Of a stretch of 64,000 bases of DNA, positions 10,343 to 20,758 are shown piece after piece. Each line of letters starts with the position of its first letter. Positions within the stretch are counted from its first letter, which is position 1. The position numbers and the translations under genes were made by a program. The notes beneath the pieces are model-generated. The model was not told the DNA's origin. It worked only from the letters and a program-made list of their open reading frames with translations, and did no database searches. The DNA comes from an uncultured Dehalococcoidales bacterium (GTDB lineage: Bacteria; Chloroflexota; Dehalococcoidia; Dehalococcoidales; UBA2162), in assembly GCA_964493985.1 (NCBI GenBank), contig CAZBQL010000002.1:2824-66823 (forward strand). The letters run 5' to 3'.

Positions 10343-12180
10343 TGACCGGAGATCGTCTCGGTGCAAGTTACTCAGGCGAAGGTAACTGCAGCTTCACTGT
10401 CTGGGCACCCTTTGCCGATAAGCTGGAGGTGCATATCACATCACCGAAGGAACGCCTGATAGATATGGAAAAAGACTCGTGGGGATATTATCATTCGACT
10501 ACGAGTGATGTTTTACCGGGAACTCTCTATTTTCTTCGTCTCAATTCAGAAAAAGACCGCCCTGACCCGGCATCACGATTTCAGCCGGAAGGCGTTCATG
10601 GACCCTCCTGTGTTGTAGAGACCGGTTTCGACTGGCAGGATGCAGACTGGAAAGGAATACCGCTTGACCGGTATATTATATATGAAATTCATACAGGTAC
10701 TTTTACTTCTGAAGGAACGTTAACTGCAATCATTCCATACCTGGACTACCTCCTTGATCTCGGCATTACCGCTATTGAGTTAATGCCCGTCAACCAGTTT
10801 CCCGGGGAACGTAACTGGGGCTACGACGGCGTCTATCCCTACGCGGTACAGCATTCCTATGGAGGGCCTGAGGCACTGAAACGGCTGGTAAATGCCTGCC
10901 ATCTCAAAGGGCTGGCGGTCGCACTCGATGTTGTCCATAATCACTTCGGTCCGGAAGGAAATTATGTAAATGACTTCGGCCCTTATTTCACAGAAAAGTA
11001 TAGTACTCCCTGGGGATCGGCTATTAACTTCGATGGACCTCACAGCGATCATGTCCGGCGGTTTTTTATTGAAAGCGTCCTGTACTGGATGAGAGATTGC
11101 CATATCGATGCTTTTCGTCTCGATGCAATCCATACTATCCTGGATAATACGCCTTACACATTTATCGAGCAGCTTTCCGAAGAATTTCACGATTCTGTGA
11201 ATAAACTCGGTAGAAAGGCATTTCTGATTGGCGAAAGCTCAGCCGATAACGTTCGTCTTATCAGACCGCCTGAACTCGGTGGTTATGGTCTGGACGGGCA
11301 GTGGAATGATGATTTCCATCACTCGTTGCATTCCCTGTTAACCGGTGACCGGCAAGGATACTATCAGGACTATGGAGAAATGAAACACCTTGTAAAGGCA
11401 TTCCAGGAAGGGTTTGTGTATTCGGGAGAGTATTCTTTATTCCGTCAGAGAAGGCACGGTACTTCTTCGAAAGATATACCGGCTGAACGTTTCACCGTAT
11501 TTTCACAGAACCATGACCAGGTCGGTAATCGTGCGAAGAATGACCGTCTCACCCGGATCGTGACTTTCGATGCGCTCAAACTGGCAGCAGGAATCGTAAT
11601 ACTTTCACCTTTTGTGCCGCTGCTGTTCATGGGAGAAGAATATGGAGAAACAGCCCCGTTCCCGTTTTTCGTAGACCACTCGGACCCGGACTTAATCAAA
11701 GCAGTCCGTGAAGGCCGTCAGAAAGAGTTCGCTGCTTTCAAATGGGAAATTGAGATACCGGATCCCAAGGACAGGGCAACATTTCTCCGTGCGAAGCTGG
11801 ACCACGGTCTGAAAAATCGAGAACCAAGCACTACGCTCCTGGCTTATTATAAAGAGTTAATCAAACTCAGAAAAACAATCCCGGCCCTTTTTACTCTAAG
11901 CAAAGAAGGAATGGAAGTAAGCCATGGAGAAGACAATAATTTCCTGTTCACCCGGCGTGTTGATAAAAATAGTGAAGCAATTATCTTCTCCTGTTTCAAC
12001 GATAAACTCACAACTGTGGAACTAACAGTCCCGCCCGGAGTCTGGAACAGCGCAATCGATTCGGCTGATGACCGCTGGAAAGGAAAGGGCAGTAAAATGC
12101 CCAAACAAATACAATCCAACGACGAGAAACTCACTTTTCATCTCAGCCCATGGCAATTTATCCTCTATATTAAGGAATGA
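10339..12180 (+). CDS. treZ: Malto-oligosyltrehalose trehalohydrolase
   Basis: TreZ-like N-terminus (GNCSFTVWAPFADKLEVHI) and GH13 motifs (GLAVALDVVHNHFGPEGNY, DAFRLDAIHTI, FLIGESS, FSQNHDQVGNR). I place the start at ATG 10339, which overlaps the glgB stop as ATGA with GGAGG at 10326-10330. The track ORF start at 10312 is probably upstream read-in. Confidence 0.9.
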   Translation: MMTGDRLGASYSGEGNCSFTVWAPFADKLEVHITSPKERLIDMEKDSWGYYHSTTSDVLPGTLYFLRLNSEKDRPDPASRFQPEGVHGPSCVVETGFDWQDADWKGIPLDRYIIYEIHTGTFTSEGTLTAIIPYLDYLLDLGITAIELMPVNQFPGERNWGYDGVYPYAVQHSYGGPEALKRLVNACHLKGLAVALDVVHNHFGPEGNYVNDFGPYFTEKYSTPWGSAINFDGPHSDHVRRFFIESVLYWMRDCHIDAFRLDAIHTILDNTPYTFIEQLSEEFHDSVNKLGRKAFLIGESSADNVRLIRPPELGGYGLDGQWNDDFHHSLHSLLTGDRQGYYQDYGEMKHLVKAFQEGFVYSGEYSLFRQRRHGTSSKDIPAERFTVFSQNHDQVGNRAKNDRLTRIVTFDALKLAAGIVILSPFVPLLFMGEEYGETAPFPFFVDHSDPDLIKAVREGRQKEFAAFKWEIEIPDPKDRATFLRAKLDHGLKNREPSTTLLAYYKELIKLRKTIPALFTLSKEGMEVSHGEDNNFLFTRRVDKNSEAIIFSCFNDKLTTVELTVPPGVWNSAIDSADDRWKGKGSKMPKQIQSNDEKLTFHLSPWQFILYIKE

Positions 12181-12183
12181 TAA

Positions 12184-14622
12184 ATGGAAAAATATGTATG
12201 TATTCACGGACACTTTTATCAGCCTCCCAGGGAAAACGCCTGGCTGGAATATGTGGAGATGCAGGACTCCGCCTATCCTTATCATGACTGGAATGAGAGA
12301 ATAACCAACGAATGTTATGCTCCTAATGCTGCATCTCGGATACTGGATGAGGAAGGCTACATCCGGCAGATTACCAACAACTACGCCAGGATAAGCTTTA
12401 ATTTTGGACCAACTCTTCTGTCCTGGCTGAAAGACAATTCTCCGGAGACCTATCAGGCAATACTCGATGCCGACAAAGTTAGCCAGGAGACCTTTTCCGG
12501 TCACGGTTCGGCAATGGCACAGGCTTACAATCACATGATTATGCCGCTGGCTAACTCCAGGGATAAACACACGCAGGTACTATGGGGAATAAAAGACTTC
12601 GAGTATCGCTTTGGTCGAAAACCCGAAGGGATGTGGTTACCTGAAACAGCGGTAGATCTTGAGACGCTTGATATTATGGCTGAATCCGGACTCCTGTTTA
12701 CCATTTTAGCTCCACACCAGGCAAAACGTGTCCGCCGGATCGGGAAAAACGTTTGGAATGATAAAGAGACGGATCCCGTCGATCCAACGATGGCTTACGA
12801 GCTGGATTTACCCTCGGGAAGGAAGATAGCGGTATTCTTTTACGACGGTCGTACGTCGAACGAAATTGCTTTTAGCGACTTATTAAGAAGCGGTGAAAAT
12901 TTTGCTAAAAAGCTGATTGATGCTTTCCAGCCAGATAAACTTCATTCACAACTGATTAATATTGCATCGGACGGTGAGACCTATGGCCACCATCACCGGT
13001 TTGCCGATATGGCACTGGCTTATGCCATTGATTATATTGAATCCAGGGACCTGGCAAAATTTACCAATTACGCTGAATACCTGGAACACTTCCCTCCAAC
13101 CCATCAGGTCGAAATTATCGAAAATACTTCATGGAGCTGCAGTCACGGTATCGAACGATGGCGTTCCAACTGCGGTTGTAATGCCGGGAGAAATCCGGAA
13201 TGGAACCAGGAATGGCGGGCTCCTCTACGAAATGCGTTTGACTGGTTAAGGGATACCCTGGTTGAAAAATATCAGGAATCTGCCTCCCGTCTTTTGAAAG
13301 ACCCGTGGGCTGCCCGCGATGATTATATACAGGTAATCCTGAATCGCTCACCGGAAAATATTTCCGATTTCATTCACCGGAATTGCGATCGTGAGTTAAG
13401 CGACGAGGAAACCAGAGAAATGCTGAAGTTGCTGGAGTTGCAGCGACATGCCATGCTTATGTATACCTCTTGCGGCTGGTTTTTCGATGAGCTTTCCGGT
13501 ATAGAAACGGTCCAGGTCATTCAATATGCGGGCAGAGCGGTGCAGCTTGCCGGAGAGTTATTCGGTAATGATATCGAAAATCATTTCCTGGAACGTCTCG
13601 AACTGGCAAAGAGCAATCTGCGACAGCACGGCGACGGGCGTAAAATCTACGAAAAGTATATCAGACCGGCTATGGTCGATATCACCAAGGTTACCACTCA
13701 CTTTGCAGTAAGCTCTATGTTCGAAGACTATGGAGACCGTGCAGACATTTTTTGCTATCATGTCGATGTCAAAGACTATCAGACAGCAGAATGCGGCAGG
13801 ACAAGACTCGCTGCCGGATGGGCTGATATAACCTCTGAAATTACTCACGACCATGCGGAAAAAAGTTTCGGTGTTCTTCACTTCGGAGACCATAATATCA
13901 ATGCCGGCGTTCGGGATTATTATGGTGGGAATACTTATCAGTCCATGGTGGCAGAAATAACTCAGACCTGTATTATAGGCGACTTCCCGGAAGTTATACG
14001 CCTCCTTGATAAGCACTTCGGAATGTCCACCTATTCGATCAAAGACCTTTTCCGGGACGAACAGCGGAAAGTACTGGATAACATACTAAGATCGGTTATG
14101 GAGGAAATAGATTCCGCCTATTATCAGGTCTATGAACACCACTATCCTCCGATGCGTTTTCTTCATGAAATTGGATACCCTATTCCGAAAAGTTTCCATA
14201 TTGCCGCCGAATTTATCCTGAATGGTGGTCTGCGCAAGGCTATGGGTGAGGAGACGATTAATACGGATAATATTAAAAATCTCCTTGGCGAAGCCCAGAT
14301 ATGGCAGGCTGATATTGACTCGGAAGGTCTGAGCTACCTTCTGCAGAAAAGCCTTGAACGTTTAATGAATCAACTTCTGGAAAATCCCCCGGATGTCAGC
14401 CTGCTTACTCGATTGAATGAAATATGCAGTCTTTTTGATATCCTTCCGTTTCAGGTAGATATCTGGAAGGTCCAGAACTATTTCAACAGATTGCTTGAAA
14501 ATACTTACCCTGAATTCAAGCAAAAAACCGAACTGGGTGATAAAATGGCTGCCGAGTGGCTGGAACAATTCGTTTTACTCGGTAAAAAACTCTCAATGCG
14601 CGTAGAACAGGTGGCAGAGTGA
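12184..14622 (+). CDS. GH57-family glycoside hydrolase with large C-terminal domain (DUF3536-type architecture)
   Basis: The N-terminus YVCIHGHFYQPPRENAWLE and GHGSAMAQAYNHMIMPLAN / WLPETAV / ASDGETYGHHH match GH57 catalytic-region signatures as I remember them. Length is 812 aa. Confidence 0.8.
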   Translation: MEKYVCIHGHFYQPPRENAWLEYVEMQDSAYPYHDWNERITNECYAPNAASRILDEEGYIRQITNNYARISFNFGPTLLSWLKDNSPETYQAILDADKVSQETFSGHGSAMAQAYNHMIMPLANSRDKHTQVLWGIKDFEYRFGRKPEGMWLPETAVDLETLDIMAESGLLFTILAPHQAKRVRRIGKNVWNDKETDPVDPTMAYELDLPSGRKIAVFFYDGRTSNEIAFSDLLRSGENFAKKLIDAFQPDKLHSQLINIASDGETYGHHHRFADMALAYAIDYIESRDLAKFTNYAEYLEHFPPTHQVEIIENTSWSCSHGIERWRSNCGCNAGRNPEWNQEWRAPLRNAFDWLRDTLVEKYQESASRLLKDPWAARDDYIQVILNRSPENISDFIHRNCDRELSDEETREMLKLLELQRHAMLMYTSCGWFFDELSGIETVQVIQYAGRAVQLAGELFGNDIENHFLERLELAKSNLRQHGDGRKIYEKYIRPAMVDITKVTTHFAVSSMFEDYGDRADIFCYHVDVKDYQTAECGRTRLAAGWADITSEITHDHAEKSFGVLHFGDHNINAGVRDYYGGNTYQSMVAEITQTCIIGDFPEVIRLLDKHFGMSTYSIKDLFRDEQRKVLDNILRSVMEEIDSAYYQVYEHHYPPMRFLHEIGYPIPKSFHIAAEFILNGGLRKAMGEETINTDNIKNLLGEAQIWQADIDSEGLSYLLQKSLERLMNQLLENPPDVSLLTRLNEICSLFDILPFQVDIWKVQNYFNRLLENTYPEFKQKTELGDKMAAEWLEQFVLLGKKLSMRVEQVAE

Positions 14623-16976
14623 GAAAACCTTCCGCTACCTACCGGCTCCAGATGAACAGAGAATTCCCTTTTGAGGACGCAACAAAGCTTGTGCCCTATT
14701 TGTATGATCTCGGCATTACCGACATATATTCTTCACCGGTACTGAAATCCCGACAGGGGAGTCTCCACGGATACGATGTTATTGACCCAAAATCCTTGGA
14801 CCCGGAACTGGGGACAGAAACGGACTTTAATAAATTATCGGAAGTCTTGAAATCGTTAGACATGGGAATGCTTCTTGATATCGTTCCAAACCATATGGCA
14901 GCCAGCCATGAGAATCCCTGGTGGCAGAATTTCCTGGATAAGGGTAATGATTCCGTATATGCCGGATATTTTGATACCGACTGGCTTGCGTTCGGAGACC
15001 TTGAGAACTATTCGGGAGGTTATCGCCGGTTCTTTGATATCGGCGATCTGGTAGGCATCAGGGTTGAAAATCCCGCCGTTTTTGAGACAGTCCATTCACT
15101 CATTTTACGCTTTATAAACGAAAGGAAAATTACCGGTCTAAGGATCGATCATATAGATGGGCTTTATAATCCGCTGGAATACCTGACCCGCTTACAGGAA
15201 GCTACTCAATACTTGACTGGTGAAGATGATTATTACCTGGTCGTTGAAAAGATTCTTACCGGAAATGAGGCATTACCCGTAGAATGGCCGGTGTCCGGCA
15301 CCACCGGATACGATTTTACAAACTGGGTAAACAGCTTATTCATAAGTAAAGACGGAATTTCGAAACTTGACGCTGTGTACAGGCACGTTACCGGGCGTAA
15401 AGATTCTTATTCTGATATTGTTATTGAAAAACAAAAATGGGTGATTCATCATTTATTTTCCGACGAGATATCAGCCCTGGGCAGATACCTGTCACGGCTT
15501 TCTTCGAATGCAGGCTATCACGAAATAGAGGAAAAAAACATCAAGGCAGTTCTGGTACTGGTAACCGCCTGTCTGCCGGTATATCGAACGTATATAAGGG
15601 ATTATTCGGTTTCAGATGCAGACAGGCAATCTATTGAACAGGCATTCCGTATTGCCGGTTATCTGGATAAGCACCCTGATGTGCAGGCGTCAATGTTCCT
15701 GAAAAAGGTGCTGTTACTCGAATTCACCCACGATTGTCCTGATTCTGTAAAGAAAGAATGGCTTGAATTCGTCCTTCGCTGGCAGCAACTCACCGGAGCG
15801 ATAATGGCAAAAGGAGTTGAAGATACAGCCCTCTATAATTACCATCGACTGGTCTCAATGAATGAAGTGGGCGGAGACCCGGGCGGGAGCGGTATTACCC
15901 CTGTTGAATACCATTCCATCAATATGGACCGTTTGAGTCACTGGCCGGGGACGATGAATAGTACAAGCACTCACGATACTAAAAGAAGTGAGGATGTCAG
16001 GGCAAGAATAAACGTTCTCTCGGAAATTCCCGAGGAATGGGAAAATCATCTGAAAAAATGGATGGATTTGAATAAATCGTTAAAACAGGATGTTAAGGGA
16101 ATGCCGGTCCCGGGTCCGGAAACAGAGATACTCCTCTACCAGACTATGCTCGGTGCATGGCCTTTAGATGAGTCCGTGTTTACCGAATTCCAGCGACGTC
16201 TCAAGGACTACATGCTCAAAGCGGTTAAAGAAGCCAAGTCCAGGACCGGCTGGATTAATCCGCATGCAGACTATGAACATGCTCTCATCCGTTTTATTGA
16301 GGCGGTCCTGAATAGTTCGCTGAGTAAGAAGTTCCTTGATGATTTCCTGCTGCTTCAGCAGCAGGTGGCCTTTTTTGGTGCTTTAAATTCACTTTCGCAG
16401 ACATTGCTAAAGATAACTTCTCCAGGGGTACCCGATTTCTACCAGGGTAATGAACTCTGGAACTTCAGCCTTGTCGATCCTGATAACAGGCGACCGGTTG
16501 ATTATGAACTACGGACACAACTACTGGGAGAAATCAGAAAGCAGGAAACAGGTGACAAAGCAACGTTTATTCGACAAATTTCTGATTGCTGGCAAGATGG
16601 CAGAATAAAAATGTATACCATCTACAAGGCCCTGCATACACGTAAGGATTCTTTACCCCTGTTTTTACATGGAGACTACCTGCCTATGGAAGCTGGTAAT
16701 AAAGATAAACACATCTGTGCCTTCGCCAGAAATACCTCTGACAAATGGGCGGTATCCGTGGTACCTCTTTTCTTAACTAGCATGACAGTAACAGGTGTCT
16801 TACCATACGGTCAAGATATATGGGAAGAAGATGTTTTGTATTTTCCGAAAACAGCACCTGCGGACTGGGAAAATGTCTTTACGAGAGAGCACATCACATT
16901 ATCCCGGGAAGAGAAAACATTCCCTCTAGCCCAGGTATTTAATTCATTTCCCGTTGCGTTGCTGAGAAATAGATAG
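14619..16976 (+). CDS. treY: Malto-oligosyltrehalose synthase
   Basis: The N-terminus ATYRLQMNREFPFEDATKLVPYLYDLGITDIYSSPVLKSRQGSLHGYDV is classic TreY. LDIVPNHMA, GLRIDHIDGL and STHDTKRSEDVRARI follow. The GTG start overlaps the stop of the GH57 gene as GTGA. Confidence 0.9.
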   Translation: MRKPSATYRLQMNREFPFEDATKLVPYLYDLGITDIYSSPVLKSRQGSLHGYDVIDPKSLDPELGTETDFNKLSEVLKSLDMGMLLDIVPNHMAASHENPWWQNFLDKGNDSVYAGYFDTDWLAFGDLENYSGGYRRFFDIGDLVGIRVENPAVFETVHSLILRFINERKITGLRIDHIDGLYNPLEYLTRLQEATQYLTGEDDYYLVVEKILTGNEALPVEWPVSGTTGYDFTNWVNSLFISKDGISKLDAVYRHVTGRKDSYSDIVIEKQKWVIHHLFSDEISALGRYLSRLSSNAGYHEIEEKNIKAVLVLVTACLPVYRTYIRDYSVSDADRQSIEQAFRIAGYLDKHPDVQASMFLKKVLLLEFTHDCPDSVKKEWLEFVLRWQQLTGAIMAKGVEDTALYNYHRLVSMNEVGGDPGGSGITPVEYHSINMDRLSHWPGTMNSTSTHDTKRSEDVRARINVLSEIPEEWENHLKKWMDLNKSLKQDVKGMPVPGPETEILLYQTMLGAWPLDESVFTEFQRRLKDYMLKAVKEAKSRTGWINPHADYEHALIRFIEAVLNSSLSKKFLDDFLLLQQQVAFFGALNSLSQTLLKITSPGVPDFYQGNELWNFSLVDPDNRRPVDYELRTQLLGEIRKQETGDKATFIRQISDCWQDGRIKMYTIYKALHTRKDSLPLFLHGDYLPMEAGNKDKHICAFARNTSDKWAVSVVPLFLTSMTVTGVLPYGQDIWEEDVLYFPKTAPADWENVFTREHITLSREEKTFPLAQVFNSFPVALLRNR

Positions 16977-17165
16977 GTCTTTCCCCCTAATATTACAGCA
17001 ATCACCTTCCCACTATTCAAAATGTCATAATTTTGTAATATGTTCATTCTGTATTTTATAACTTCTCAATTTGCCTCAGGTTATGATTCTAGTATCACAT
17101 AGTTTTAAAAATCGGAATCGTAGTTTATTGAATATATTAAATATCATCAGGCGTGGCGGTGAATT

Positions 17166-17924
17166 ATGTTATATAAAGCAAAAGAATTAAACAACCATCA
17201 AATGAATGCTTCAGATGGGGAAATCGGTAAAGTAAAAGACCTTTATTTTGACGACAGGTACTGGACAGTCAGATACCTGGTAGCTAATACAGGGAACTGG
17301 CTTACAGGGAGGACGGTGCTGATTTCGCCGTATGCCCTTGACGGAGTAGATCCGGAGGAGAAGCAAATTAATGTAAAGTTAACCATGAAGGAGATCGAAA
17401 AAAGTCCATCACTTGAAGCTGACAAGCCGGTATCGAGGCAATACGAGCAGTCTTATTATGGGTATTTCGGCTGGCCGGGTTACTGGTATGGGCCTTATAC
17501 CTGGGGAGGCTATTATTATCCCATTCTTCCTCCCGTAAGATCCCAAACTCCTTCGGAAAAAGACAAGTGGGACCCTGATCTTCGCAGTACCGACGAAGTC
17601 CGCGGTTATCATCTCATGGCAAAAGACGGAGATATCGGACACATAGCGGATTTTCTTGTTGATGACAAGACATGGGCGATCAGATACCTGGTAATCGATA
17701 CTCGCGATTGGTTGCCCGGTAAACATGTTCTTGTTTCTCCCGAGTGGATGGAGGACGTGAATTGGGTTCTGCGTGAGGTATCCATGGACTTAATCCGTGA
17801 CACTGTCAAACAGGCCCCTGAATATACGGATGAAACCGTTATTGACCGCGATTACGAGGAAAGCCTGCATCGCCATTATGACCGTGAGCGCTACTGGATC
17901 AGAGAAGAAGCAGTCAAAATGTAA
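17166..17924 (+). CDS. Tandem PRC-barrel domain protein
   Basis: Two copies of the PRC-barrel pattern are present (DGEIGKVKDLYFDDRYWTVRYLVANTG..GRTVLISP and DGDIGHIADFLVDDKTWAIRYLVIDTRDWLPGKHVLVSP). An aromatic/Gly-rich linker (YYGYFGWPGYWYGPYTWGGYYYP) joins them. Confidence 0.7.
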   Translation: MLYKAKELNNHQMNASDGEIGKVKDLYFDDRYWTVRYLVANTGNWLTGRTVLISPYALDGVDPEEKQINVKLTMKEIEKSPSLEADKPVSRQYEQSYYGYFGWPGYWYGPYTWGGYYYPILPPVRSQTPSEKDKWDPDLRSTDEVRGYHLMAKDGDIGHIADFLVDDKTWAIRYLVIDTRDWLPGKHVLVSPEWMEDVNWVLREVSMDLIRDTVKQAPEYTDETVIDRDYEESLHRHYDRERYWIREEAVKM

Positions 17925-18002
17925 TATCACTTACTTAGACGGCAGAAGGATAAACGACAATGACGACGTAAGGGGTAACTGATTTTATGACAGGTATTAG
18001 TG

Positions 18003-18045
18003 AGTCCGGGGCTCTTCGAAATGGTTCTCTGGACTTATTTTTGTT
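18003..18045 (+). terminator. Candidate rho-independent terminator downstream of the PRC-barrel gene
   Basis: A 9-bp stem AGUCCGGGG (18003-18011) / CUCUGGACU (18027-18035) with two G-U pairs and a 15-nt loop is followed by UAUUUUUGUU. It was found by eye and no energy was computed. Confidence 0.4.
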
Positions 18046-18194
18046 AGGTAAATGCAGTCAGATAGAAAAGGAAGAAACGGATTTATGAAAATTGTCGAAT
18101 TTACGCCGGGGATTGACGGAATAAGCCATCTAAAAACAATTAAAAATCGGGAGTGAATTACTGATTACTAACGAATCGGTATTGGAGGATTTGA

Positions 18195-20606
18195 ATGGTA
18201 GTTAAAACACAGAAGGAAATAGCCTGGCTTGAGGAAGTATCTGTGTCAGATGTTGCACTGGTAGGCGGGAAGAATGCGTCTCTCGGAGAAATGGTGAGAG
18301 AGTTGAAAGATAAAGGTATTCGAGTACCTGACGGTTTCGCTACCACCGCCTCAGCCTACAGGACTTTCCTGGACGAAAATGATCTGAATGATAAAATAAA
18401 ATCACAACTGGAAGATTTTAGAAACGAAACAAAAAGTCTTCAGGAAACAGGAAGAGCCGTCCGCCAATTAATTCTTAACGCGAACTTTCCTGCTGATCTC
18501 GAAGATATGATTAAAGATTCATACCGTGAACTGAGTCGGCGCTATGATTCGAAGGAAATAAGCGTGGCAGTGCGAAGCAGTGCTACCGCAGAGGATTTAC
18601 CCGAGGCAAGTTTTGCCGGTCAGCAGGAGAGCTTTCTTAACATCAGGGGAGAAACCAGCCTCCTGGATATCTGCAAGAGATGTTATGCATCTCTTTTTAC
18701 TGATCGAGCTATTAACTATCGAAAAGACAAAGGTTTTGACGATATGGATATTGCCCTTTCTATTGGCATACAGAAGATGGTGCGTTCTGACAAGGCTTCT
18801 TCAGGAGTTATTTTTACTATAGACCCTGAAACGGGTTTTAGAAATGTTATAGTCATTAACTCTGCCTGGGGTCTTGGAGAAAGTGTAGTCCAGGGTCAGG
18901 TGAATCCTGATGAATTTATAATATTCAAACCGCTGCTGGACAGAGATAAATTTACTCCAATAATAAGCCGTTCACTGGGAGAAAAGTTACAAAAAATAAT
19001 TTATGCCATAGATAAAGCGAATCCCACCAGGACTGTAGCCACGTCCCGTGAAGAGCAAAATATGTATTCCCTGGATGACCACGAGGTTATCCAGCTTTCC
19101 CGCTGGGCTGTAACTATCGAAAACCACTACGGCAAGCCGATGGACATTGAATGGGCAAAGGATGGAGATACAGGTGAATTGTTCATTGTTCAAGCAAGGC
19201 CGGAGACGGTGCAGTCTCAGAAAACAGCGAATTCACTTAAAACATATCACCTGAAGGAAAGAGGTAATGTTCTGGTAATGGGGCTGAGCATTGGACAGGC
19301 GGTAGCCTCCGGAAAGGCCCAGCTCATCAAGAGCACAAGTGAAATCGACCGTTTCAAGGACGGCAACATTCTCGTGACAGGCATGACCGACCCCGACTGG
19401 GAGCCTATTATGAAGCGCGCAGCCGGTATCGTCACAGACCATGGAGGAAGAACATCTCATGCCGCTATCGTAAGCCGTGAGTTGGGAATCCCGGCTGTGG
19501 TAGGTACCAGAAAAGCGACTGCGATATTAAAAGATGAGCAGCGAATAACTATATCTTGCGTAAATGGCGATGAAGGCTCTGTCTACGAAGGTATTGTCGC
19601 ATATGAAACTGAAGATATTAATCTCGAAAATGTTCCGGAGACAAATACTGATGTAATGATGAATATCGCCAGTCCTGCAGGAGCTTTTCGCTGGTGGCAG
19701 CTACCCGCAAAGGGCATCGGTCTGGCACGTATAGAATTTATTATTAACAACGTTATCAAAATTCATCCTATGGCACTCCTGCGTCTCAATCAATTGAAAG
19801 ACAGGGATGCCAGGCGAAAGATAGAGGAACTGACAGCCGCTTATGAGGATAAAGGTCAGTACTTTATCGATCACCTTGCCCAGGGAATCGGTATAATCGC
19901 AGCTTCACAGTACCCGAATCCTGTTATTGTCCGGTTGAGCGATTTCAAGACCAATGAATATGCAAACCTCATCGGCGGCAGGGATTTCGAACCGGAGGAA
20001 GCCAATCCCATGCTGGGTTTCCGCGGTGCATCACGCTACTATAGCGAGCATTACCGGGATGGTTTTGCTCTCGAATGCCGGGCGATCAAACTGGTCAGAG
20101 AAACGATGGGCTTATCGAATGTTGTGGTAATGGTACCGTTCTGTCGCACCCCTGAAGAAGCGCAGCAAGTGTTGGAAGTCATGTCCAGGAACGGACTGGA
20201 ACGAGGAAAGAACGGACTCGAGGTTTACGTCATGGCGGAAGTGCCCACTAACATCATTCTCGCGAAAGAATTTTCTGAGTTCTTTGATGGCTTTTCTATC
20301 GGTTCCAATGATCTCACTCAACTTACTCTGGGAGTAGACCGTGACTCAGAAAACCTCGCTTATCTCTTCGATGAGCAGAATAAGGCGGTAAAGAGATCTA
20401 TTGCCAACCTTATCGAATCAGCCCACAAGGCTAATCGTAAAGTTGGATTGTGCGGTCAAGCACCCAGCGATCATCCGGAATTCGCAGGATTTCTGGTCGA
20501 ATCCGGTATAGATTCCATCTCCGTAAACCCGGACAGTGTACTTCCGGTGCTGAAGAAGATTGCCGAAACTGAACAGCGGTTGAGTGGTATTATGAATGAT
20601 AGATAA
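18195..20606 (+). CDS. ppsA: Phosphoenolpyruvate synthase (pyruvate, water dikinase)
   Basis: Full-length PpsA pattern: VGGKNASLGEM, phosphohistidine region GGRTSHAAIVSRELGIPAVVG, and C-terminal PEP-utilising TIM barrel (FSIGSNDLTQLTLGVDRD). Confidence 0.95.
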   Translation: MVVKTQKEIAWLEEVSVSDVALVGGKNASLGEMVRELKDKGIRVPDGFATTASAYRTFLDENDLNDKIKSQLEDFRNETKSLQETGRAVRQLILNANFPADLEDMIKDSYRELSRRYDSKEISVAVRSSATAEDLPEASFAGQQESFLNIRGETSLLDICKRCYASLFTDRAINYRKDKGFDDMDIALSIGIQKMVRSDKASSGVIFTIDPETGFRNVIVINSAWGLGESVVQGQVNPDEFIIFKPLLDRDKFTPIISRSLGEKLQKIIYAIDKANPTRTVATSREEQNMYSLDDHEVIQLSRWAVTIENHYGKPMDIEWAKDGDTGELFIVQARPETVQSQKTANSLKTYHLKERGNVLVMGLSIGQAVASGKAQLIKSTSEIDRFKDGNILVTGMTDPDWEPIMKRAAGIVTDHGGRTSHAAIVSRELGIPAVVGTRKATAILKDEQRITISCVNGDEGSVYEGIVAYETEDINLENVPETNTDVMMNIASPAGAFRWWQLPAKGIGLARIEFIINNVIKIHPMALLRLNQLKDRDARRKIEELTAAYEDKGQYFIDHLAQGIGIIAASQYPNPVIVRLSDFKTNEYANLIGGRDFEPEEANPMLGFRGASRYYSEHYRDGFALECRAIKLVRETMGLSNVVVMVPFCRTPEEAQQVLEVMSRNGLERGKNGLEVYVMAEVPTNIILAKEFSEFFDGFSIGSNDLTQLTLGVDRDSENLAYLFDEQNKAVKRSIANLIESAHKANRKVGLCGQAPSDHPEFAGFLVESGIDSISVNPDSVLPVLKKIAETEQRLSGIMNDR

Positions 20607-20758
20607 ACTCCCGAACATCTATAGCCTGAGAGTCATGGCCGACCGGAATCAGGTTATCATTCAGAATGGGATTCAACAGCCTGAAAACAGGAAATATGCC
20701 GGAGTTTGATCTTCATCCATTCGTCCAATCCAGTATTGAAGTTAATCATACCTGGAGA

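Noticed and set aside
18085-18156. A 23-codon ORF (MKIVEFTPGIDGISHLKTIKNRE) with an AAGGAAG upstream, in the ppsA leader.
   Set aside because: It is too short to evaluate, has no conservation evidence available, and could arise by chance in a 270-bp AT-rich intergenic region.
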